UHGV virus genome: UHGV-1579991
Length of the DNA: 64,000 nt
Reading direction: 5' to 3' (one strand)
Source of the DNA: a virus
Part shown: piece after piece, positions 20,181 to 29,906 of the stretch
Position numbering within the stretch: position 1 is the stretch's first letter
Layout of the letters: each line of letters starts with the position of its first letter
The notes under the pieces: model-generated
Database searches by the model: none
What the model was told of the DNA's origin: nothing
What the model saw: only the letters and a program-made list of their open reading frames with translations
Translations under genes and position numbers: made by a program

Positions 20181-21776
20181 TTATGCTTTTGCAGTTACAG
20201 ATGATAAGACAATTCGCTGTAGGAAATTGCCCGTAGTGTCCATGATGTCCCAAGTAGTACTTGAGCCCTCATTGTTTGACAATGTAAATCTGATGTAATT
20301 CGATGTTCTTGTCAATTCATCGCGAATGATATTGTTGCCTGAACGTGCAATGTAACTACCAAATTTCTGCAATGCAATTTGAGCATTGTCTGTGTCAAGC
20401 AATGCAATTGATATGTCTACAGAAGAGCCTTTTGGACAGTTAATTGTCTTGACAACGAACAATGATTGAGCATCATCATTTATCACAAGCTTGCTGATAA
20501 GCGTAGGCACTGGTCTGTCAATCTGCAAGACTCTATCTACGCCTGCTTTAGCATTGCCAATGACAGTCTTTTGATTGATAACTTTATGCACAATGTCATA
20601 TGATTCAAATTTGACTTGAGGCTTACGATGCCAGCAAAGCATTGCAATGTCGTCTTCAGACAGAATCAATTGCATTGAACGACTTATACGCACTTGTCCA
20701 AGAGTCGACACGTAATCAAGTACAGCAGTAACATACACAAGAGCCATTTTTGGCTTGTTATCTGGATTGTCATTATCTACAATGATGGGTGACCATTCAA
20801 CTGCTTGTGTCGCATTGTCAACATTTGCAAATTGCATATGTCGTATGCTTGAGTCTATGAGAGAGCCTTCTGCATTGTATGCTTGCAAGATGACGTCATA
20901 TGTTACATTCGCATCATCAATCAACTCAAGTCTTGAAATCCAATCTGACAATTGCATTGTGCGATGCTTCATCTGCATTTCAATACATGCAGGCGCGTAT
21001 TCGGATTCTTGTCTAAGTACTACATCTGCATACAAAGTCTCATCTTCATTGCCGGTCAACAGCAATGCTTGTTTGATTTCTCGAAGAGCAAACTGAGTAA
21101 ACGTTCTGACTGCACCAGATACAAGTGACTGCTCAAATGAATAGACTTTGTCATCATATACAAGGCCAATTTCTACATTGATATTTGATTGCAGTGCTCG
21201 TCTTGTAGATGTACCAAACACGAACTCACGAACTTTAGACATTTCGTCACTGTTCATTGAACACAAAAAGTCAATATCAACAATTTTGAATTCAATTTCA
21301 GTAGTGAATTGCTCATTGTCAATGACAACAATTTTGTTCTTGACAGGTGCAAACAATGAACGTGCTTTGATGTCAAGCAATGACATCAAACTGTATTTGA
21401 CATCATCAATGTCAATTGACAGTCTAAGCCAAACGCCAATGACATTTGATGCATAACGAAATCCGCTGACTGCGTATAATCTGCATGTTAGATATTGCAG
21501 TTTGTCAAGCGATGTCGTTTTATATGCTGAATCTGCAAAATTTGCAACAATTGTGTCTGTGTATGAGTCTGGTGTCAGATATGTCGGCACCTGATATGTA
21601 GTGTTTTGTGCAACTGAACTATATTCACGAACATTGTGTGTTTCTGCACCATCGGCATTCAATAAATGCACAACACCACCACTTGCAATCTTATGCAAGG
21701 GCACATCTGTCATATCATAGACACTTGAATCACCAATCTCAAGGGCAAAATCTTCAGTCAGTCTCAGTCGTTGCAT
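20181..21776 (-). CDS. hypothetical protein
   Basis: 531 aa ORF; no motif recognised. Confidence 0.5.
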   Translation of the reverse strand: MQRLRLTEDFALEIGDSSVYDMTDVPLHKIASGGVVHLLNADGAETHNVREYSSVAQNTTYQVPTYLTPDSYTDTIVANFADSAYKTTSLDKLQYLTCRLYAVSGFRYASNVIGVWLRLSIDIDDVKYSLMSLLDIKARSLFAPVKNKIVVIDNEQFTTEIEFKIVDIDFLCSMNSDEMSKVREFVFGTSTRRALQSNINVEIGLVYDDKVYSFEQSLVSGAVRTFTQFALREIKQALLLTGNEDETLYADVVLRQESEYAPACIEMQMKHRTMQLSDWISRLELIDDANVTYDVILQAYNAEGSLIDSSIRHMQFANVDNATQAVEWSPIIVDNDNPDNKPKMALVYVTAVLDYVSTLGQVRISRSMQLILSEDDIAMLCWHRKPQVKFESYDIVHKVINQKTVIGNAKAGVDRVLQIDRPVPTLISKLVINDDAQSLFVVKTINCPKGSSVDISIALLDTDNAQIALQKFGSYIARSGNNIIRDELTRTSNYIRFTLSNNEGSSTTWDIMDTTGNFLQRIVLSSVTAKA

Positions 21777-21842
21777 ATTGTCGAAATCTTGTTTGTGTTA
21801 TATGTACACAAAACTGCACCAGCAAAATTGCTGGTGCAGTCG

Positions 21843-22100
21843 TTAATTGTTGAGATACTGCTGAAGCTCGGCTTCTGTTGCAAGTCTACATTGCTTAATA
21901 TTGAACACTGTCATAATATGACAACTCTTGCATTTATGCCAAATTTCAGCAACAGCAGTTTGTGTGTTCTTTGGCAATGAGTGTCTGTACTTGACAATGT
22001 CTGTAGTACCGCAGCATTTACATGTGCCAAGCACTACATACAATTTTGAGTTAGTCGCGCTCAATTGTGACATGTCTAACTTCTGCTTCTTCATAGCCAT
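21843..22100 (-). CDS. hypothetical zinc-ribbon protein
   Basis: 85 aa; CKCCG...CKSCH Cys4 arrangement; overlaps the topoisomerase ORF by 50 nt. Confidence 0.35.
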   Translation of the reverse strand: MAMKKQKLDMSQLSATNSKLYVVLGTCKCCGTTDIVKYRHSLPKNTQTAVAEIWHKCKSCHIMTVFNIKQCRLATEAELQQYLNN

Positions 22101-23511
22101 GCTCTCTTAGCTTTTCAATGAGCGCTTCAACATCTGCTCGATAAGTATCGCGATTGTCGGAACGTTCAACTATTTTGTACTCTTTCTTAAGTTCTACAAT
22201 CTTTGCTTTAAGCTTTTTCTGTTCATCTTGAGTCAATCTGCTGACTGCAATTTCAAGAACTTTGTGATTGATTGAATGCTCATCAAGAATAGACTTGACT
22301 TGCTTAGTCGTCATTTTGTGCAGCACAATGACTTCGTCAAGCACAAGTTGAATGAACTTCATGATGTCTTCATACCACTGAATTGTAGTACGAATGTCTT
22401 CAAGTCGTTTTTGCTTGCGAATTTCATAGAATTGCAAACGCCACTCGACAAATCGCATAATGAGTGAACCGACTGTTTTGTATCGACGAATCTTGTCATC
22501 GAAGTCAATGACAGTCAAGTTGTCACGTTCAATTCTGCAGAACATTGCAAGAGTCCAGTATAATGAATCTTTTGCAAGCAACTCAGCAAGTTTTGCTTTC
22601 GTAAACTTTATCTCATACAGAATCTTGTCTTTGTGAGAGTAATTTGTCCATGCTTCAATAATGTCACGGTCAAGCAGCATATTGAGATGGTTTTCATAGC
22701 CATCGAATGTGTTGTTGTATGGGATTGCAGTTACATTGACTGTAGTGTCATCAACAACTTCCATTCGACCATGATGCTCATATACACCATTGACAAGTCG
22801 CCATTCTCCTTGCAAGCCTTTGACATATGGCGTAATTTTACGTTCAGAAATATCTTCGCCATCAAGAGCATCAATAACAGCATTGCAAACTTCAATTGGA
22901 TTACGATTGATAATTGTGCTTGAGTAGCCAACCGCAATGCCCATAATTGAATTTAGCAAAATTGTGGGCACAATTGGCAGATAAAATTGCGGCTCAACTT
23001 CAATGCCCTCTTGCCAACGATTTGTAAGCAACTCATTGTCTTTCATAAGCAACTCAAATGCATCTGACAATCGAACAAAGATGTATCGAGGCGCACCTGC
23101 ATATGGGCTATAGAACGTACCAAACTGGCCTTCACCAATAAAATATGGAATGTTCTGCTTAAAGTCCTGAGACATGATTGTGATATTGCCCTCAAGACTT
23201 GTCTGGCCGTGTTCGTAACCACCCTCTGCTTTTACATAGCCTGCAAATGCACCTACAGTTTGCTTAACGCCACCTTTAAGACGCTTGAGTGCAACATACA
23301 TGATTTTTCGTGCAGTAGGCTTAAAGCCATCACGAACATCAGGTATCGCACGTTCAAATGCTGTGTGTAATGCGTACTCTTTATATCGAGTATTCAAAAA
23401 TTCCGCAATGGAAATTTGAATATCTTGTTCTGTCAATGGTTCTGTGTAAACTTCTTGTTTTCGTCGTGCCATTGTAGCTAATTTGATTTTATTTCCTATA
23501 TTATTGTACAA
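22051..23511 (-). CDS. DNA topoisomerase II, DNA-breakage/reunion subunit (GyrA/gp52-like)
   Basis: 486 aa; GyrA/ParC-type N-terminus (FLNTRYKEYALHTAFERAIPDVRDGFKPTARKIMYVA). Confidence 0.75.
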   Translation of the reverse strand: MYNNIGNKIKLATMARRKQEVYTEPLTEQDIQISIAEFLNTRYKEYALHTAFERAIPDVRDGFKPTARKIMYVALKRLKGGVKQTVGAFAGYVKAEGGYEHGQTSLEGNITIMSQDFKQNIPYFIGEGQFGTFYSPYAGAPRYIFVRLSDAFELLMKDNELLTNRWQEGIEVEPQFYLPIVPTILLNSIMGIAVGYSSTIINRNPIEVCNAVIDALDGEDISERKITPYVKGLQGEWRLVNGVYEHHGRMEVVDDTTVNVTAIPYNNTFDGYENHLNMLLDRDIIEAWTNYSHKDKILYEIKFTKAKLAELLAKDSLYWTLAMFCRIERDNLTVIDFDDKIRRYKTVGSLIMRFVEWRLQFYEIRKQKRLEDIRTTIQWYEDIMKFIQLVLDEVIVLHKMTTKQVKSILDEHSINHKVLEIAVSRLTQDEQKKLKAKIVELKKEYKIVERSDNRDTYRADVEALIEKLREHGYEEAEVRHVTIERD

Positions 23512-23708
23512 CGATGTTGTTAGATTTGCATCATTTGAATATCTTCAAATCTGCAAAGCTGCGCAGTAGACTGAATACGGAATACTAAGAATACACCGCA
23601 ATCAGTGACACGTTTAACAAGTGCATCTTCATTTGTAGGCGTATACAGTACAACATCCCAAGGTTCGAGTTGTTTTGCTTCTTCTGCTGTCATATTTGTA
23701 GTAATGTT

Positions 23709-24677
23709 TTAGTCGAGCCAATGCAGCATATTCTCGTCATCAAAACGAGATTCAAGCTCTGCTGTCGTAATGAATGCAAGTTTGTTCAGCATATACTGCT
23801 GCAATTCACGTTTGCGAATTGATTCAAATCTGACAAATGTTTCAGGCACTTCAAGCTCACCATCAGCATCATATGTTGCAACAGAAGTGTCAACATTGAT
23901 GTTGTGAATCTTTTCGCATGACACTCTGTACTTTGTCAAGTCAAAGCCTGGTTTGCCATCATTACGAGGCAACAAACTCCACATAGCAAAGTTTTCTACA
24001 GCTTCAGCAACAAATGCAAGAGCTTCATGCATGTCAACACTGTAGTCTTCTATAAGATTTGCGTATAGTGTAGCTACAATGTTTTGATGTGTCGCAAGGT
24101 CAAGCTTATTGCTAATTGCATGCTCAAAAATGTCTTTGAAGTTCTCATACATAGTAAAGTTCTTCAAGACAAGTCGCTGTAATGCTGTGCGGTCTTCAAG
24201 AGCTGCATATGCAGTGTCATCATGCATTGCAGAAGCCGCTGCTTGCTGAGCATTCAGTACAACTGATACGTCATGAATGACAAATTTTGAGTCAATCAGC
24301 ACTGACACTGCAATAAACGGTGCAACAGACTTTGAGTCTTTTTGAGCAAAGTCAATCTCAATGTGAAATGAATTGCCTTGTCGCGATTGCACCGAATGAT
24401 AAATTTCATAGTCATTGACGTACAGCTTAAAGTGCTGCTTAATTGCGTCATTGACTGCATTGATGCCCGCATCATAAATGTTGCCAATCACTTCAAGTGC
24501 ACGAGTGTTAAGTGTATGTGCAAGAAATGCTACATTTTGATAGTTGACGAGTTTGTGAGACAAATCAGTCGTGTTGTTAAGTTGTCTCATCAAATCATGC
24601 AGTGCATCATATGACAGTTTGATGTCATCTAACGTGTTGCACTCATGTATTGCGTTAATTTGCTGTGTCAGAGTCAT
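23709..24677 (-). CDS. hypothetical protein
   Basis: 322 aa ORF. Confidence 0.5.
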   Translation of the reverse strand: MTLTQQINAIHECNTLDDIKLSYDALHDLMRQLNNTTDLSHKLVNYQNVAFLAHTLNTRALEVIGNIYDAGINAVNDAIKQHFKLYVNDYEIYHSVQSRQGNSFHIEIDFAQKDSKSVAPFIAVSVLIDSKFVIHDVSVVLNAQQAAASAMHDDTAYAALEDRTALQRLVLKNFTMYENFKDIFEHAISNKLDLATHQNIVATLYANLIEDYSVDMHEALAFVAEAVENFAMWSLLPRNDGKPGFDLTKYRVSCEKIHNINVDTSVATYDADGELEVPETFVRFESIRKRELQQYMLNKLAFITTAELESRFDDENMLHWLD

Positions 24678-24921
24678 TTTGTGTATGTTCTTGATTTGCT
24701 TGTTCTGCTAAGTTGTTTATGAATGCTTTGAGCAATTCAATGATTGTTGTTAGTAACTGAATTTGAAACAATACAATGCTAAACATGACAATTGCTACAA
24801 TGCAAATTGAAATGAAGAGCATATTGATGTCAAATTTGTTTGCTATCAATGTTTGCAGCCAAGTTATGACTGCAAACATTGAAATCAGTATGAATACTTT
24901 GTGCTGTGATAACGATTTCAT
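24655..24921 (-). CDS. hypothetical small membrane protein
   Basis: 88 aa; two hydrophobic segments (VFILISMFAVITWL, ICIVAIVMFSIVLF). Confidence 0.4.
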   Translation of the reverse strand: MKSLSQHKVFILISMFAVITWLQTLIANKFDINMLFISICIVAIVMFSIVLFQIQLLTTIIELLKAFINNLAEQANQEHTQNDSDTAN

Positions 24922-25637
24922 TTGAAATGTGCGGATGTCGGATTAGTGTCGGTCATTCTAATGTGCCAGTCATAAATGAACCATCTTGCGAGGTCATCAT
25001 TTTTGATGTTATGAGTTTTGACATACTGTTCAGGGCCTAATGCCTCGCCGGTTTCAGGATTGACTGCGAAGTGGGATTCATCTACATTAGTAGACTTGTT
25101 TTTGATGTTTGAGATTCGGAGCTTTGTATGCAGTTCAGTGCCATCAGATTGCAGTGTTTTGACATAGAATGCAGTTTTTGTCGTTGCTTCATTGTCAAGC
25201 CATACACCGAACTTAACTCCGTGCGATTTCCAGTATGCATTGTCAGCATCCCTGATTGCTTTGAAGTTCGGGTCATCAAGCCAAGGCTTGAAGACATATA
25301 CAGCATGTTGTTCCTTTCGAGTGATTTCGCCTTTGCCTTCACAAACTGTATGATACAGCCGCATTGCAGTTTCTTCATCGAAATAATAAGTCAGATTGCC
25401 TGGCTTATCGAATGTGCCAAACTGCTGACCATCGATTACGAGAATGAATGTGTAACGTGAATCCTTGAAGAACTCTACTCGTACAGGCTGTTTGTGCTGT
25501 CTGCTGTTAAGCAGTCTGTCAATTGTAATGACTGCCCAGTTGGTGCCTGTCTTTGTTTTGTTGCCGTGAAACAGTTCAGGATATGAAACTGTGTAAGGCA
25601 ATGCTTTGTACTTCCAATGTTCATTAAAACTTTTCAT
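24918..25637 (-). CDS. hypothetical protein
   Basis: 239 aa ORF; two copies of the upstream motif at 25700-25830. Confidence 0.5.
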   Translation of the reverse strand: MKSFNEHWKYKALPYTVSYPELFHGNKTKTGTNWAVITIDRLLNSRQHKQPVRVEFFKDSRYTFILVIDGQQFGTFDKPGNLTYYFDEETAMRLYHTVCEGKGEITRKEQHAVYVFKPWLDDPNFKAIRDADNAYWKSHGVKFGVWLDNEATTKTAFYVKTLQSDGTELHTKLRISNIKNKSTNVDESHFAVNPETGEALGPEQYVKTHNIKNDDLARWFIYDWHIRMTDTNPTSAHFK

Positions 25638-25900
25638 ATGTAGAGATTTTTGTAGTTTGTATCAATTGCATTCTATATCAATTGCATCTTGTATCAAATA
25701 CATTATATTGATATATGATAATTGTACTACAAAAATCCCAAATTTGCACACTTTGATAATCAAAAGTGCAAACAAAATTCAAAGTTATATTGTACATCAT
25801 AAAGTGCAAATTTGCACTTTATGATGCTGCAAAATGTTTGCATAAAAAAATAAGCAGCTTAGATTGCTAAGCTGCTGTCATTGTATGTATGCAGTCACTG

Positions 25901-26437
25901 TCATTTGTAGTGTTCAGTTATGTATGCAGAGCATAGCAAAACAACTGATACACAAATGACAATGTATGTTGGCGTAATCAGTGTCACATTGAATAACAAT
26001 GCAGTCAATGCGCATACTGTTACTGATATGAGTGTTGAAATGAATGCAGCATATGCACTAAACTTGCTTTTTAACAAACGTTCGATGATATATGTTGTCG
26101 CAACAGACAGTAAGACTACACATGCAAATAACAACAGCCAAGTTGAGTTTGACGTTGTCGGCTCTTCAATAAACTGCAATGTTGCTGATGGCACTTCAAT
26201 ATTGTTTGATGCTTGTAATGTGCCACTTGCAGCATCTGCGTACATCACAGTTAAGTAGTGTCGTTGAATTTCTGCTGCGTCTACTTTATAGATTCTATGC
26301 CATGCAACATCTGATATGATGTATGTTGCAGCCATAAATGCAGCAATGCATAGCATATAAGAGCCAAACTTTGCAATCGGTTTCATGCAAATATATTTTT
26401 GTTTGTATATGTACATAAAAGAGCAAGTTCTCCACAT
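25901..26437 (-). CDS. hypothetical multi-pass membrane protein
   Basis: 178 aa with several hydrophobic stretches. Confidence 0.45.
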   Translation of the reverse strand: MWRTCSFMYIYKQKYICMKPIAKFGSYMLCIAAFMAATYIISDVAWHRIYKVDAAEIQRHYLTVMYADAASGTLQASNNIEVPSATLQFIEEPTTSNSTWLLLFACVVLLSVATTYIIERLLKSKFSAYAAFISTLISVTVCALTALLFNVTLITPTYIVICVSVVLLCSAYITEHYK

Positions 26438-26764
26438 TGAGAACTTGCTCAGCTGACCTGTTACCAGGTGAAAGCGTGGTGCAGCACCTTGTGCTGCAAT
26501 GGCTATGCTGCCATCGCCATAACGGGCTGAGCATTGCCCAGCATCATTACACGACCAGCTGCATTAAGCGTACGCTTTGCTTTGTTGAAAAATTTGCCAG
26601 TTATCTGGTATCTGCACATCTATTCAAGCGACCTACTATGCAATCAAATGCCTGTCGAGCCCAATGTTTGAGCAGTTGTTTGTCAGATGCTCAGCTGACT
26701 GCAGTCTTTCTGAGTGTATCAAGTTCAGCGATTCTGCATCTTTGCTAAATGGCAATGGTTCAGG

Positions 26765-26800
26765 TGGACTCGCCGAGAATCGAACTCGGGTCTTACATAG
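26765..26800 (-). other. tRNA-like fragment (T-arm plus acceptor 3' strand only)
   Basis: Minus-strand read CCGAG-TTCGATT-CTCGG-CGAGTCC-A is a canonical T-arm plus acceptor 3' strand, but I could not find a matching 5' acceptor strand, D-arm or anticodon arm before the next tRNA. Confidence 0.3.
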
Positions 26801-26845
26801 CGCATCCTTGACTTGGTCCTGTAAACAGGGTTGTCAACATGCATT

Positions 26846-26916
26846 GCAATACGACAGGACTCGAACCTGCGACCTCGGATTGGACGTCCGCGCTCTTACC
26901 GCTGAGCTACGTATTC
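26846..26916 (-). tRNA. tRNA, anticodon uncertain (possibly Gly-UCC)
   Basis: Minus strand: acceptor GAATACG/CGTATTG (G1-G72 mismatch), D-arm GCTC-AGCGGTAA-GAGC, T-arm GCAGG-TTCGAGT-CCTGT; anticodon stem irregular (4 bp), loop CGTCCAA. Confidence 0.5.
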
Positions 26917-27009
26917 TTATCAATTGACTGCACTGCAATGCAATCAATCGTGCCAATGATATTTGACACGCATAATTGCAGTTATGCGTAACAATTCAAA
27001 TGTCATTTG

Positions 27010-27082
27010 AGCCAACTGCAGGAATCGAACCTGTAACCTGCTGAGTACAAATCAGCTGCTCTACCAATTGAGCTAAGTTGGC
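27010..27082 (-). tRNA. tRNA-Thr (anticodon UGU)
   Basis: Minus strand: acceptor GCCAACT/AGTTGGC, D-arm GCTC-AATTGGTA-GAGC, anticodon stem GCTGA/TCAGC with loop TTTGTAC, T-loop TTCGATT. Confidence 0.75.
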
Positions 27083-27164
27083 ATAAAGTCGTTGGGCCAT
27101 TGCAACCCAAACCTATCATCTTTGCCTAACCAAAGATGCAAGCGCTCTCTTACACCACGACTTG

Positions 27165-27235
27165 TAGCCGAACTTGGAGTCGAACCAAGCTTTCGAGAAT
27201 GAAAATCTCGCGTCCTAACCGATAGACGAAACGGC
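27165..27235 (-). tRNA. tRNA-Glu (anticodon UUC), non-canonical acceptor stem
   Basis: Minus strand: D-arm GTCT-ATCGGTTA-GGAC, anticodon stem CGAGA/TCTCG loop TTTTCAT, T-arm CTTGG-TTCGACT-CCAAG; acceptor GGCCGTT/TTCGGCT has two U-U mismatches at its base. Confidence 0.5.
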
Positions 27236-27419
27236 CAAGAGCAGTTCAAGTCTGCAGCATTGAACTGCGGAAACAATGCCTGTACGGGCAACCAATTGTG
27301 CAGATACAGCGACATTGCAAAATCACACCGAACCAAGTTTGTGGCTCTTCTGTCTCATAAAAACAAGTAATCATTACACTTGGCACCAATGATTTTGATG
27401 TAAAAATCGGTGTGTTACG

Positions 27420-27504
27420 CGGAGAGTAAGGGATTCGAACCCCTGGTACGTTGCCGTACAGTGGTTTTCAAGACCACCGCCATCGACCGCTCGGCCAACT
27501 CTCC
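27420..27504 (-). tRNA. tRNA-Ser (anticodon UGA), type II
   Basis: Minus strand: acceptor GGAGAGT/ACTCTCC, anticodon stem GTGGT/ACCAC loop CTTGAAA, 16-nt variable arm, T-arm AGGGG-TTCGAAT-CCCTT. Confidence 0.75.
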
Positions 27505-27697
27505 ATAAAACATTGCATAAGCATTCTTATCTCTTGATGAGGCCAAGTAGCTAATTTGGCAAGTTTGTTATATCTATCGTGACTGTTGCAGTTTGTTGTC
27601 ACTCAATACACAAAACTTTCGAACATTCATTGACAACACTGCAATATCGCTTTTTAAGCTCAGCCATCAATGTATTTATGCAATGTATAACAATTCG

Positions 27698-27779
27698 TAG
27701 CCAAACCGGGACTTGAACCCAGACTCCTAATGGAACAACATTTTGAGTGTTGCGTGTCTACCAATTCCACCATTTGGCC
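27698..27779 (-). tRNA. tRNA-Leu (anticodon CAA), type II
   Basis: Minus strand: acceptor GGCCAAA/TTTGGCT, anticodon stem CAACA/TGTTG loop CTCAAAA, 13-nt variable arm, T-arm CTGGG-TTCAAGT-CCCGG. Confidence 0.7.
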
Positions 27780-27876
27780 ATTTGCAAATGCAAGCTGTTT
27801 CACAACTGTTTGCATTTGCATTTGCATTGTTTAACACACTAAAATATGATTCATCTAATCAAAAACCAGAGAATTG

Positions 27877-27949
27877 TCGAGAATGTGCGATTTGAACGCC
27901 AATTATACGTCCCAAACGTATCGTGTTACCGGATTACACTACATTCTCG
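27877..27949 (-). tRNA. tRNA-Pro (anticodon UGG)
   Basis: Minus strand: acceptor CGAGAAT/ATTCTCG, anticodon stem ATACG/CGTAT loop TTTGGGA, T-loop TTCAAAT with a weak 3-bp T-stem. Confidence 0.6.
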
Positions 27950-27956
27950 TTAATTG

Positions 27957-28027
27957 TTGAACTGTCTGGACTCGAACCAGAAATATATCATCCAAAGTGA
28001 TATGTGTTACCATTACACCACAGCTCA
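27957..28027 (-). tRNA. tRNA-Gln (anticodon UUG)
   Basis: Minus strand: acceptor TGAGCTG/CAGTTCA (one G-U), D-arm GTG-TAATGGTAA-CAC, anticodon stem TATCA/TGATA loop CTTTGGA, T-arm TCTGG-TTCGAGT-CCAGA. Confidence 0.7.
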
Positions 28028-28132
28028 GTATATAATGTATGCTTGTGTTATTATGTATATTTGTTAGTAATTATATGAATAATATACTACATTTATTTAT
28101 GATTTGCACCATATACTGCAACTTTGTATCAC

Positions 28133-28495
28133 TTAATTGCACAATGTGACTCTGTCTTTAAGTTTATGCATGTGTAGCACGTTTGCAATATCTACTGGCA
28201 ACTTATATGACCCATCAGATATTGCAAATGCTGCAAGTTGCATAATCAAATCTGCATTGTCTGTAAGAACTTCTGCAAATTTACTGGCATCACAACATGC
28301 GTAATACTTGCGAATTGTTGCTGCTTGCTTTTGTATGATGACACGCACATATACAGTTTGAGCAATGACTGCGCGTCGTAAATCAACTTTGACAATACAC
28401 ATAGTGTCATCGTCGTCTTTCACGACATGTCGCCATACGCCGTCATTGCAAATGCCATGCTGTGCTATAAGTGTTTTAGTGATATCAGACATCAT
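28133..28495 (-). CDS. hypothetical protein
   Basis: 120 aa ORF immediately downstream (in transcript sense) of the tRNA array. Confidence 0.45.
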   Translation of the reverse strand: MMSDITKTLIAQHGICNDGVWRHVVKDDDDTMCIVKVDLRRAVIAQTVYVRVIIQKQAATIRKYYACCDASKFAEVLTDNADLIMQLAAFAISDGSYKLPVDIANVLHMHKLKDRVTLCN

Positions 28496-28540
28496 CTCTA
28501 CTCAAATATAATTTTTTGATAATAAAATTCCATACAAATA

Positions 28541-29038
28541 TCATTCGATGTTACCAGATAATATCCGAATGGCATCCAATGCATTTTCTCGTATCAAGCC
28601 AAACTTACCTATAACTTGAACAAAATGTTTGTCATTTTCAAATGTTGAGTCATCAAGAATGACATATTGTTTGATGTTATGTTTCTCAACAAGCGCAGGC
28701 ACTGCAGCAAATCTGTCATGAAAGCCCTCAGCATAAATTGATGGCAACAAATAGCCTGGCATATTGCGCTTAAGCCACATTATCTTGCAGTCATCAAGAA
28801 TAGCCCAACTGCTTATTAAGCATATTGCACCAACATCTGACATTTGACAAATGTATCTCAACCAGCCAACACAACGTTCATCGAACAATTGGCCAAACTC
28901 ATCTTTTGACTGCACATCCATGTTTGCACGATGCTTTGACATGTGCAACATATTGAGATTATCTTGGCTATTCAGAACACCATCAATGTCCAAGAATATC
29001 ACTTTGTCAGGCCAAATCACTTTGTTTGTTGTGTTCAT
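28541..29038 (-). CDS. HAD-superfamily hydrolase-like protein
   Basis: 165 aa; HAD motif I FLDIDGVLNS near the N-terminus and a C-terminal ILDDS acidic motif. Confidence 0.5.
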   Translation of the reverse strand: MNTTNKVIWPDKVIFLDIDGVLNSQDNLNMLHMSKHRANMDVQSKDEFGQLFDERCVGWLRYICQMSDVGAICLISSWAILDDCKIMWLKRNMPGYLLPSIYAEGFHDRFAAVPALVEKHNIKQYVILDDSTFENDKHFVQVIGKFGLIRENALDAIRILSGNIE

Positions 29039-29906
29039 GACGATGTTTTGTTATGTCTTCTACTGTTAGCTTGAGTTCAGGCCAAGTGTCAAACACTTTC
29101 TGCAGCTGCTCATCTGACTTGTTAAGAAGCTTCTTGTATATTGTGTGTATTGATTGATAATGAGCATCAAGAGCTTTGCCGATGTGCACAAACGGTATTT
29201 GCAAATGCACAATGCAATGCAGTATGAATGCTTGTTTACGAAGTCTTTGAACACCGCCATCCAAACGCCAAATTTGTAGTACACCTGCATTCAGTGCATC
29301 TTCATACAATGACTGTACAACTTGTATGTTATGTTCTGCTGTAGCACGTTTGTTATCGCGCTTTGCTGCTGCAAGCGACCTACGTGAATCTGGCATTGCT
29401 CTTGTGTGCTTAGTAGTCTGTACTGTGACATCATTGATATGACTATGAATGTTCTCAACATCAATGAATTCAGTACGATGTTCTTTTGCTGCAGTTTTTC
29501 GTCTGCCAAGTATATGTTTATCATACACTTGTTCTTGCAGTCGTTCAGACAACTCTGCTTGCAAATCTGCAACTTGTTTGCGTAATACAACATTCTGCGC
29601 AGATTGCTGTGCTGCAATATCTGCAACAGACATAATGTCAAAGACTGTGTTGAGCTGCAGCCATACATTATATGCGCATTCTACAATATGACGTTTGGCT
29701 GCATCAATTGTGGCAAATTGCTCACGAGTCTTAAATGCATCAAGCATTGTGCTTATGACATACACATGCTCACGTTGAATTATGGTGACATTGATGCTGC
29801 CAATGGTTGCAGTCCATTGCATTGGTGCAGATAACTGCACATTGACAGATGCATCGATAGACTTGCGCAATGAATCAAACATGGTTGCTTGGGGGTGGGT
29901 GGTCAT
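29007..29906 (-). CDS. hypothetical protein
   Basis: 299 aa ORF. Confidence 0.5.
   Translation of the reverse strand: MTTHPQATMFDSLRKSIDASVNVQLSAPMQWTATIGSINVTIIQREHVYVISTMLDAFKTREQFATIDAAKRHIVECAYNVWLQLNTVFDIMSVADIAAQQSAQNVVLRKQVADLQAELSERLQEQVYDKHILGRRKTAAKEHRTEFIDVENIHSHINDVTVQTTKHTRAMPDSRRSLAAAKRDNKRATAEHNIQVVQSLYEDALNAGVLQIWRLDGGVQRLRKQAFILHCIVHLQIPFVHIGKALDAHYQSIHTIYKKLLNKSDEQLQKVFDTWPELKLTVEDITKHRHEHNKQSDLA

Noticed and set aside
23520-23694. Short minus-strand ORF (about 57 codons) in the gap upstream of the topoisomerase subunit gene
   Set aside because: Below the length threshold and my hand count of its frame was not self-consistent, so it is not reported as a feature.
27083-27164. 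Additional tRNA between tRNA-Thr and tRNA-Glu
   Set aside because: Contains a 7-bp hairpin (catcttt...aaagatg) but no D-arm or TTC-type T-loop on either strand; more likely a spacer hairpin or processing signal.
27160-27240. Plus-strand tRNA-Phe (anticodon GAA) at the same locus as the minus-strand tRNA-Glu
   Set aside because: The anticodon hairpin is palindromic enough to give a GAA loop on the plus strand, but the plus-strand fold lacks a T-loop and a matching acceptor 3' strand; the minus-strand fold has proper D- and T-arms.
26765-28027. tRNA cluster as a prophage attachment site or integration hotspot
   Set aside because: No integrase, recombinase, excisionase or repressor-like gene is recognisable anywhere in the window and the flanking genes are phage replication and structural genes; the cluster looks like a phage-encoded tRNA array.
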